Source: Guillardia theta CCMP2712 (lineage: Eukaryota > Protista > Cryptophyta). Taken from it: a DNA stretch of 64,000 nt. This document shows, one piece after another, positions 12,701 to 22,444 of this stretch (position 1 is the stretch's first letter; every line of letters starts with the position of its first letter). The notes under the pieces are model-generated. The model was not told the origin of the DNA. It did no database searches and worked only from the letters and a program-made list of their open reading frames with translations. Location: the NCBI RefSeq assembly GCF_000315625.1, contig NW_005434641.1, positions 201,113 to 265,112 of the forward strand, given 5' to 3'. The translations under genes and the position numbers were made by a program.

Positions 12701-14645
12701 TTGACGAGAATGTTGTAGGTGCGGAGGAGGAGTCTTCGCCTTCAATTCCTCCCTCGTTCAAAAGACGGTCGACGTAAGAAAGTTGGTGTTGTAACGTGGC
12801 ATGCTTGTGACCTTGCCTCAGGAATCGATCGAGGCCTCTCCAACCCTAGGTCGAGTGGTCGAGCAGGTTTCCCGCTCTCTCTCTTGGTCTTTAGGAGCTG
12901 ACATTCGAAAAGCTGCTGGCGACAGACCCTGCCAGGAGGCCGAACGCTGTTGAGCTCGCAGGTAGAAATTCTGGCATTTCCCCGGGGTCAGCGAGCCTTG
13001 CATGATATTGACTCCATGCTAGCTATCCTCGAACCACATCCAGCAAGCGGCGCGATGCAGGTGAGGCTGAGGAATGGGGTGAACGATTCCTTTGACGAAA
13101 GTGACCAGGACGAGGCTGAAGAATTGTGTGAGGAGTACATTTGCGCTATCTGCCAAGGACTGGTTCTGGATGCACACACTGTAAGTACATTCTTTCGCTT
13201 ACTAACACCATCATCATTCTCATTCTACTTCGCCGCAGGTCTGCGCTGATGAGCACGTGTTCTGTGGGTCTTGCCTCACGAAATGGCTTGAAAACAAGGT
13301 GAGAGCTCCTGGGCAAAGAATCTTACCCTTGTCGCCTTACTCGTGGCTTTAGAATGATTGCCCCACTTGTCGAAAGCCCGCAACTCACCCTCATCGGTAC
13401 TTGAGTGTCTCGATCCCTCGCCTGCTGATTTCTCTGGCAGCCTGCGCATTATCAATAATGCGGTCGAGAAGCTGGCAGCGCGTGTGCTGGATGCTGTAAG
13501 TTGGAACGCTCGGCGGTGGCAGGTGAAACTGACGGGTGACGCTATCAGAAAGCACTGCAAGAGAGAGCCAAGAGGAGAGAGGAGGTGCTTGAGATCGACG
13601 CGTACTTGTACACACCTGACCGTACAGCAGATTGAAGCCAACAGGATCGCCGAGAGGGAGCATGTATGGCAGCGATAGTTGCATTTAATGTGTTGCTAAC
13701 TGAGGCTCCTCGATGGGTAGGAGCGGACCGAGTCTGATCGCGATGCTGGACATGGTTAAATGCCGCTTCGAAGATGTTCTGCTTTTTTACGGCCATGGCA
13801 GGCGCAATAGGTCAAGACGTTTGCACCGCATGGAAGTACATGCAGGTGGGTACGTGACGGAGGAGAAGCTTCGTTGAGATGCGGCTGGTCTGCAGGGACA
13901 AGCTCAATTCGGAGCCGGCTGCACTCTCTTCAGGTTTGCGTGCATGGCCCAGCTAATCTGTCGTGACGTTTGCCTCTCCTGCACAGGCATGCGGCGAGCG
14001 GGTTGATCGTGGAGGTCTTCCATGGGAACGGCTGGTATCGCTTCAGGAGTAGAGCAGGAGGAGAGACGAGATGGTGCAACAGGTGAAGTCACTGCGAGCA
14101 TGTTGCACAACATCATGACACGTCATCAGCTGCGGAAACCTTGGAGACTCGGACTTCGGGGCTCAAGACGCGGTGGCTCAGCTGGAGAGGTAGGAGGTGA
14201 CTCGCTGCAGGCCATCGGTCCTCATCCTCGTACTCCTTCCAGGGATGGAGGAGAACATGTCCCGCCCGCGGGCCTCGGGCCCCTCGACGAGACAGGATAC
14301 TGGGAGTCTTCGGTACCTCGAGAGCGTTGAATGGCCCCTGTTTCTAATGGCCATTGGCAGATACAGAACGGCAAGATCGTGCTGGTCAACTCCGACGAGG
14401 AGGAACTTTACCTGGACTCGAGCGGTGAGCTTGTCGAGTTTTCTTTCACATCACCGTGAAATGCCGCTGACTGAGATGCTCCACTAGGAACTCTGGTCTG
14501 GCTATCTCATCCGGGCATGAACAAGGTATGTGGCGGCTGCTGGTTTCCCCTGCGTGGGCGGTCTGACTCCTTGCAGGCCATCATTGTTCGAGAAGGAACG
14601 GCGTCATCTGTTCAACGGTCAGAGGGAGAAGCCTTGACCTCCTAG
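6703..14645 (+). CDS. Phytochrome-eukaryotic kinase hybrid (PAS-GAF-PHY-PAS-Ser/Thr kinase-RING + unknown C-terminal region), dozens of exons
   Basis: Manually spliced exons give NPGEIQ/PHGYFML (PAS, ~7030-7130); RVMVYKFHEDMHGE (~7956), FPATDLPQ (~8143), NLNGSTLRRAH/RCHLEYLCNM (8452-8560), LWGLIVCHH (~8667), RMACEFLAQ (GAF); GLLAIPV...LFRPE (~9696), WGGDP (~9818), HPRGSF (~9925) (PHY); APVLGMD...WNAMLAQLT (PAS); LGEGSFGKTY (~11530), YAVK, HRDIKPHN (~12217), ITDFG, YASPE, WALG (kinase); CAIC...CADEHVFCGSC...CPTC (RING, 13142-13370). Stop TAG at 14643-14645. The start may extend upstream to ~6370. Confidence 0.93.
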
Positions 14646-15112
14646 ATTCATCTGCGTGTACATGAGTTTGAAATCAATAGCGCAATTGCTCAACTTGCGA
14701 AGTTCAAAAGCCGGCGGCTTATTAGGCTGCCCCCGGCCGCCGGTGCCGCGCCGAGTCCGATCCCGGCGTGTGACCGTGCCGGGCAGTCACTGTCCCCGTC
14801 ACGCCGCCGATCACGGTGAGTCGGAGCCAGGCTCGGAGCAAGCTCGCTGAGCCGACTCCCGAGTCCGCGGGTCACCCACAGAGTCCGCCAGCCGCCGCTG
14901 ATCGGACTTTGAACGGTACTCAGTGACTCGTGCCACGGCGAGACCGGCTAGTACCGCCCCAGTGCCGAGGGCCGCTGACCCGGGCCGGCGACCCCGGCGG
15001 CCGGGCGCCGCCGGGGCCCGGGGCTCGCCCCGACTCGCACTGCGGCAGTCACGGTGCCAGTTGGTGATCGCCGGGATCGGCTCGTCGGGATGATCGGAGC
15101 CTTTCACTGGTC

Positions 15113-15320
15113 TTTTTTTTACTCAAAGTTAAGTTAAAATCAGTACGAGGACAATCAGGAGAGTCTAGGAGGCTTGACCCTGACACTCAGCCTCCGTCGC
15201 ACCGTGAGCGGCCAACCGGCGAGACTTCAGAGAAAAGACAGCGAGAACCAAACCCAATCCTGCCGACTGCTGTCCCCCAAACTTAACTGACTGTGATACC
15301 TTCCCTTAACTGCGCGCACT
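15113..15320 (-). repeat. Dispersed ~200-bp repeat, copy B (ends in an A8 run on the - strand)
   Basis: Inverted homolog of 3515-3718. T8 at 15113-15120 directly abuts ACTCAAAGTTAAGTTAAAATCAGTACGAGGACAATCAGG. Confidence 0.85.
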
Positions 15321-15499
15321 GAGGACAAGTCCCCCGCGCGGCCATGCCAGCGATGTCGCGGTGGCCGCCGCCGAAGGAATGAGACATGTTTGCCTGAGTT
15401 CCGGGCCGGGGCCGGGCCGTCCGATCAGCAGTCATGGCACGGTCGGAGGCCTGAGGCCCCCAGGTTGTAGCTCCGGTTTTGGACCTTGAGCTACGTTTG

Positions 15500-16950
15500 A
15501 TGACCCCTGCAACACCCCCACCCCCCATTTTAAGCCCCCCAATTTCCTCACTACCCCAGTGATTTGAATGCCCTCTCTACCCCCTCAAGGAGGACACATT
15601 TTCTTGACCCCCCTTTTATCTATCACAAACACCCGTATCTTGACCACCTACCCATGTTTCTAACTCATTTTCGCTGCACCCACCCCAGTGCATTTCATCA
15701 CTACCCGCGGTTTTCCTATCCTCCACGTGCGCGAAGTGGCCCCTAGACCCACCCCCTACCCCTTCATTCTCCCCCTCCTCACCCCCAATCCTCAAGATAA
15801 CTACCCCACCAATCGTTGAGAAATACCCCCTACCCTTCATTTGACTACATCGCTCGGTGAGGAAACATCTCATCAAAGAAAACTACCCTACCCCCATCAC
15901 CCCACCCCCACCCCCATCTATAGATCAACTTACCCCGATCTTCGCGTCAGCCAAAGGATTGTGATGGTAGGGTGGGTAATCCTTGGGGTTGGTAAATTAC
16001 CGGTGCATTGATAAGATTTTTTATGGGTACTCGCGAATCAACAGGGGTAGGGGTACCCCCTCTTTCGTAATCCTTTTGCACACTAGCATCTTTAGCATGC
16101 TGGACCTCGACCTGTACCCCACCCCTCAAAACCTACCACCCCCTGAGTTCGAACCAAGGTGTTCACCCCTACCCAACCATTTGTTCCCCAGCCACATAAC
16201 CCCACCTATTCAAATCAATGGCCTCCTCCAGGTCTCTAGGAAGGTCTTATCTCTAGGTCACTACCCCTCCAATTCAATATCGTCTTGAAGCCACCCTACC
16301 TGCTATTGGTGCTATTTCCTTACTACACCAGCCAACCACCCCTATCTCTCACCGCCCTGTTTGATGCTAACCCCTACCCCCCTACTATCCCCTATATGTC
16401 TGCACGCGATCAGGCGAGCTTCACACGACGCTCTTGGAGAAGGATTTATTATACCTATAGCAACAAGAATCTTCGAATGAATCACTAAGATATTCTATCA
16501 ATGACCTCACCTTTGACCTCTCTCCCTCCATTACACCTTCTTTTTGCCAAGGGGCTGCTACTTGGATTCTACCCCAAGATTGTGGAGATCGAAAATCTTG
16601 TAATGTGGGTGGGGTTCAGTGATCCGTAACAGGGGTACGAAATTAGGGGGTAGGGGGTGTGATATGGAAGAATGTCTTATGAAAGAGGTGGGTACAAATG
16701 TGATAAATGTACGGTAGGGGTAGGCAAGATTGAATTTCTGTGTGGGGTGTATGGCGAGGACGGTGTTCGCCTTCCTTCTGAGGTAGGGTCGTAGAACCGA
16801 GGGGTCCGAGTGACTGGCTTGTAAAGGTGACTACAATCTGGGGGTGGGTGATGTTGAGGTTGGTACCCCCTGGGGAAGATGGGGGGTAGAATGAGGAAAT
16901 CTGTGGGTAGGAAGAAACCCCACCCCCCTTTTTAAAGGGTCGACCTCGTG
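15500..16950. other. ACCCC/GGGGT strand-skewed intergenic tract
   Basis: Mostly C-rich (TACCCC, CACCCC) to ~16580, then G-rich to ~16910, ending just upstream of the ATG at 16975. Confidence 0.6.
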
Positions 16951-16974
16951 CCTGAATCACACCAATCCATCGCT

Positions 16975-17791
16975 ATGTCCATGCCGAAGATTCTCCCAGC
17001 AGCTGCCCGCGCCCTTACCAGGCATGGTTTCTTTCTCCTCCTCAGTCACCCAAGCATGTGCTTTCCAATCTTATGTCTTTTGACCTTGTTTCCCTCTTTA
17101 TCTACGTTCTGATGGCCTGTATCGCTCCTTGCCTCGTGTCTGAAGTACTTCATTGGTGTTTTTGCTTCATCCTATCGGCTCCTTATTGCTGGTCCGATTT
17201 CATCATCATTCTTGACACTGCTGTTGAAATTCTCGAAGACACACAAACTTCCCTAATTTTCCTTGAACCTTCCTTCGAAAAGCAATCTTTTGACCTGTGA
17301 TGCTGCGCTTGCCTGTTCAGTTGTTCCCCCGTGCTCATGATTCATGTGGTCTTATTGTTATTATTCTGCAACTTCTCTTCTGAAATAATTCATCGCTTTG
17401 TCTCGATGATCATGATGCACTTCTATATGCTCACATCGGATCCTTGCAAGAAGTCGCCTCACGTACTGACTGTTTAATTCCTTCAGGTCTGGAGCCAACA
17501 CCACCGCGCAGAAGCGCTTCATGTCTGCCACTGCTGCCGAGAGCAGCTCCATGAAGGACTACTTCTTCTCCACCTGGGTCAAGCCTGATGTGAGCGTTGA
17601 AGAGCTGCTGCAGAACGTCGACTCATTGCCTCCATCAGGTGTACCCCATTGTCTTCATTTGCGGTCTCGCCACCACCTTCTGCGGCATCACCATCTCCAA
17701 GCGCTTTGGTATGCACGAGAACGTCACCTGGTCCAAGAAGGCAAGGAACCAGGGCGTTGCCCAACAGTATGCTCACAAGTACCCTGGGTAA
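16975..17791 (+). CDS. B12D / NDUFA4 (MLRQ)-like small mitochondrial membrane protein
   Basis: Spliced: MSMPKILPAAARALTR/SGANTTAQKRFMSATAAESSSMKDYFFSTWVKPD/VYPIVFICGLATTFCGITISKRFGMHENVTWSKKARNQ...YPG*. The WVKPDVYP + TM + V-x-W-x-K pattern matches B12D. Arg-rich presequence. Confidence 0.75.
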
Positions 17792-18414
17792 GTCGAAAAG
17801 CTCTGTTGACGCATGTGCTGTTGCTGCCATCTCCGCTTTCATCCTACTCTTCTCCTGAGTCAGCATCTGCCTTTTCTGATTTTAATTCTCAGAACTGAAA
17901 GCGCTGTCGTCGCTGGAATCCAGAAGTAAATTAGATCCGTCAGTTAATCACGTACTTTGGGAGATTCGATTCTCTTCGATTGTTCAATAGGCATGTCAGT
18001 AAACATAGTGATAAATTAGACCGGCCCGTGACGTTCAACCCGGCGTCAATGCGATGGGGGAGCTGAGTTGCTTGAAAGGGTCGTAGCGGTAAGAACAAAG
18101 ATCTGCCGCCGAGATCACGATCAAGATTATTGACAGGCTCGGTCCGATGACTCAGTGGCACGGTGACCGTGCGGTCAAGTTGCCGCTCACTCGGTCCCCT
18201 AGCCTGTAGTAGTACGCCGTAGCTACCGTACCCGGAGCGACGCACGGGCTGTGACGGCGAAGAAGTCAGTGAACTTCGGACCGTCCGCTGCTCCGAGGCT
18301 CGCAGCGGGCCCGGCGCTGTCGGAGGGCCTGTGACCGTACTCCCGGTACGGTCCCGGCGTAGAGGTAAATTCCAAGCTTGCCTCAGGTATCAACTGTGAG
18401 GAACTTTTTAGGAG

Positions 18415-19233
18415 ATGGTGCGAGCGGTGGTAGTTGGTGGAAGCTCGGGGATGGGCAGCGCGTTCGCTAGGCATGCAGTCAGGCAAGGGGGAGAAGTGAT
18501 CATCTGCTCCAGGTCCCAAGAGAAGCTGGACAAGGCAGCAGATGCTATAGCGAGTGCGGGAGGTGAGGGGGCAAGAGAGAGGGTCAGGACCAAGGTGCTC
18601 GACAACACAAACGAAGAGGAAGTGAAGAAGTTCTTTGAAGAGCTCCCTCCATCGTCCTTCGACGCTCTCGTTGTAACCGCGCTCGGGAGAGCTGCCCATG
18701 GCTCGTTCCTCCAGCTCGAGACCTCCAAGGCGAGGGAAGTGATGGAAGGTAAGCTTTGGGGGCCATGGTATTGCGCCAAGTACGGTGCCCCGAAGATGGC
18801 AGCGGGGGGTGCCATCGTCTTCGTAAGTGGAGTGCTCAACAGACGTCCAGGGCTCAACTGTTCTCCTCTCGGTGCTGCTAACGGTGCGGTAGAGGCCCTA
18901 ACACGGTCTCTCGCACTCGAGCTAGGTCCCCAACTCAGGGTGAACTGCCTTTCCCCTGGTTTCGTTGACACGGAGAGGTTTGATCACATGGAAGCAGAAA
19001 AGAAGACGCAGATGATGGACGCTACTGCTGCATCCCTGCCGCTCAAGTGCGTGGGGGATCCGGACGTGATCGGGGAGGCGTTGTACTTTCTGGCTACCAA
19101 CAAGTTCACGACTGGGGTGGTGCTGGATGTAGATGGCGGGCATCAGATCCGTCAGTACGCTCTCCCCAACGATGTGTACCACTCTCTGCGGGCGAGCGGG
19201 ACGTTGCCAGCCATCTTCCAACTCCAGCCGTGA
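18415..19233 (+). CDS. Short-chain dehydrogenase/reductase (atypical active site), intronless
   Basis: VVVGGSSGMG Rossmann motif, IVFVSG, RSLALELGPQLRVNCLSPGFVDT, TGVVLDVDGG. Confidence 0.92.
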   Translation: MVRAVVVGGSSGMGSAFARHAVRQGGEVIICSRSQEKLDKAADAIASAGGEGARERVRTKVLDNTNEEEVKKFFEELPPSSFDALVVTALGRAAHGSFLQLETSKAREVMEGKLWGPWYCAKYGAPKMAAGGAIVFVSGVLNRRPGLNCSPLGAANGAVEALTRSLALELGPQLRVNCLSPGFVDTERFDHMEAEKKTQMMDATAASLPLKCVGDPDVIGEALYFLATNKFTTGVVLDVDGGHQIRQYALPNDVYHSLRASGTLPAIFQLQP

Positions 19234-19548
19234 GGGGATGTAGCACAGACCTGCTGGTTCTCGTACATTGAGATCGAGACTCGAACAGGCTAAGATAGCT
19301 GTCGGTTGTCTATTAGAGCAGGAGGGGTGTAGATAATCCCTCCATTTCCCATTATATTTCCCTTTGTCTCCCTTTGCTGTCTCAGAAATGAATTCGATTC
19401 TGTGAGCAAGAACATCAGCTGGAGAGAGTGGATCACGAGCTAGCTGTTTTCTCACCCATGCATGCATGTACTCGCTGTTGTCCGCTGCAGTGGCATGTTG
19501 CAGCCCGATCATCGCATTCCTTGCGTTCCTCTGGATCTCCATATTGGC

Positions 19549-20534
19549 CTAGAAGGCTTGTGAACGTAACCTCGTCAAGAACAAGATTGGCAAGACCTCG
19601 TTCTGAGCGTCAGAGTCGATGGCGATTGCATGCTTCTTGAATTGCTTCACGAAAGCCCTCTGGTCATAAGATTTCATTTTACGGGCCTTTTCCCTGCCCG
19701 GTCCAAGATCAGCAAGAACGAGCAGGAGCAGCAAAAGGGTACTCGTCGTGTCGCTGGTCGCGATATGCAGAGGCGAGGAGTTTGAGCGCCTTCGGGTTCA
19801 ACTTGCGATGAAGAACATTCTGAGATAAGAGTGAGGGAGAAACTCTCAGGGTAACAAGAGAAGCAGAAGCTCTGTCATACCTTCTCGTGTTGGACATGGG
19901 CCGTCACCTTCGGCTCTGCTACTACGCGCGCTACTGGATGCGCTGCCTGCAGGACCAGACTCATCAGCGCAGGAGCAGTAGAAGCAACGGGAAGACACTT
20001 CACCTGCTTCACGTGCATCTGTTTGGCCTGAGCCTCACGCGCCTTCTTGGCTGCTTCAGCCTTCTCTTCCTCCCGTCGCAGCTCGGCCTCCTTGGCCTGC
20101 TTCTCAGCACGAGCATCCTGAGAGCTTTCAGACGGCTCCAGCACGGACCACTATCTCCACCTTTGCATGCTCGGATGAGATCTCGTTGCGCGCGATGGCC
20201 AGCAGCTTCTTGTCGTCTGCACTCAGAGTACCTTCCTTGTGCACCACCCTGAGCTTGAACCTGCAAACGTGGTGAGCTGATCAAACCAGAGAGAAGGGGA
20301 GGATACGGTGCTGGCAGCTGTTTTGCTGTTGATCTTGAATGCGAGTGAGCCTTGAGCACAGCATCTCGAGCTCTCTTAGCTGCCAGCGCCTTCTCGTCCT
20401 AGCGTTTCATCAAAGCAGGCAACACTGAACGAGTTAGAGACCTTCTTCTTCGCGTCCAGTCCATCCTTCATCTCTTTCAACTCCTCATTATGTGCAGTCT
20501 TCAACAACTGAATATCCTTCTCGCTCAGATCCAT
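19549..20534 (-). CDS. Multi-exon hypothetical coiled-coil protein
   Basis: Chain of short K/E/A-rich ORFs (MDLSEKDIQLLK..., AEKQAKEAELRREEEK..., LHRKLNPKALKLL..., FVKQFKKHAIAID...SQAF*) separated by intron-sized gaps. Confidence 0.5.
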
Positions 20535-21063
20535 CGCGTTGTCGCTCGACCTATGATTGTCCGAAAGAAAGCCTCCCCATGTGCCTTTGCCTCTGTACAA
20601 AAGCGAAGATGGAGAAGCATGCAAGGTAGCGATGGCGACCACTGCGGCTATTGCTGCTCAAAAAGACACCAATGATCAGCAAACCAACAAGCAGCTCAAA
20701 GACGTCATGCACTCATCTCATCACTGCTCCACGAACTTTTGCAAAGCATCCAACTCATGTCAACCCTCTCGACAGTTGTTCTCACACCATCGACATCAAA
20801 CAACCCAACACAGCACGTGACTTTCACATCTCGTTCATGTGCTTCAGCATATCTGCTTACCCAATGTGGCAAAGGCCGCCATGCCGCCAGCCGCCAGCCT
20901 GCGTTTGGCTGCAAGTGCCATAGCGCGTCTCTTCGTTAGGGAAAAGAAACGGCAGCAATTGTATCTTGGAAACGGATATGACGGTTGAAACGGCCGCAAC
21001 GTCAAATGATTACTGTTTTAGTCATTTTCGGTCGCCCGGGGATGCCGAGTCGCCCGACTCCGT

Positions 21064-21093
21064 GCAGGCAGGCAGGCAGGCAGGCAGGCAGGA

Positions 21094-21151
<58 letters not shown>
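21064..21151 (+). repeat. (GCAG)n microsatellite
   Basis: About 22 GCAG units with one interruption. Confidence 0.95.
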
Positions 21152-21428
21152 CTTGCTGGCACTGGCAGGCTCAGGAGGACTCCGTTATGATCCGTCTCAC
21201 TGCTCTCAGGCAAACATGATAGCAGAGACAGCACCGCAATGCGTGTGAAGAGAGAGGGAGAGGGGGAGCTGATTGTTATACGTTGGCAGCATCTCATGGG
21301 AACGGAAGCAAGAAGATCGGAAGGGGTCAAAACCTGATGTTCAGATGAACACTGAGCCTCTCGACGGGAGTGAACTGACTTGCCGCTGTGTCCTCACCAT
21401 GCTCGTTCGGTTGTTCTGAGGTGAGGTG

Positions 21429-22236
21429 ATGGGAAACATTAACTGCACCTTCCAAGATCGGACATGCTTCCCGTGGACGGACGAGAATCAGATGAAATTA
21501 CGGAGACGGCAGGAGGAGAAGGAGCGAGGGAAGGAAGTCGACGTCAACACCTGGAGATACTCTTGGATGAGCAAGAACGCACTGGCAAACAAGCTCTACA
21601 GCTACTGCGAGCATGACCACGGTAAAGTTCCCCCTCTTGACCCTCCTCCTCAACTTTCTCCTCCAACACCAACACCTCCTCCTCCACTACTCATCTTCGT
21701 TCCTCTTCCCCCAATGCCTCCTCTTCTCGCAACACCTCTTTCCCCTGCTCCCCTCATCAACCGTGCATCCTGCTTACTCTAGTTCAGCGGATGGCATCAA
21801 CAATCTTTGTGTTGAGCACGGAGCCGTCAAGTACATCAACTTCCTCAACCAGGAGGGCGTCGCTCCCCTGCATGTGGCGTGCTTGCATGGATCTAAGAAC
21901 GCCGTGCTCGTCCTACTCGCGCATGGCGCCGACGCGAGCCTCAAGACGGCAGGAGGCGCGTCCCCACTACAGATCGCGCGGGAGGCGAACCAGCCGGAGG
22001 TTGCCGACATCCTGTCACGGGTGAGTCTCTCTGCGGAAGACGAGGAGGTGACACTGTCTCAGCGCGTCTCCTCCTTCTCGTCGTTGCGGCTGCCCAGCGC
22101 CAGGAGCAGACTAGATAGCCTAGACAGCTCGAGCATCCGGTCCGGCTTCCTCGTGAGGTCACCAGGAGCAGGAGGCGACGGAAGTTGGCCGACCAGCGCG
22201 AGACAAGGAAACCGCGAGGGCGAGTCGATGGGGTAG
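21429..22236 (+). CDS. Ankyrin-repeat protein, possibly N-acylated
   Basis: EGVAPLHVACLHGSKNAVLVLLAHGADASLKTAGGASPLQIA ankyrin repeats. N-terminus MGNINC. CT-rich intron ~21622-21787. Confidence 0.75.
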
Positions 22237-22444
22237 ACAGATATCATGTGCAGGGGGAAGGGCAAGGAAGGGGAGAAGGGGAGCAGGAGGAGTGAGGAAA
22301 TGAAGTGAGCAAGAGGAAAAGGGGAGTAGGAAAGGAGGGAACAGGAGGGATGGAGAGAGGTTAGCGAGGTTTCACCGTTTACTGTACATGAATTGGTGAA
22401 TGAGAGAAGAACATCAGCGAGAGATTCATGACGAGGAGATCTGC

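Noticed and set aside
17400-17470. Possible intronic C/D snoRNA in the B12D-like intron
   Set aside because: No perfect box C or terminal stem, and the CTGAC is better explained as the branch point. An Rfam/snoScan hit would reopen it.
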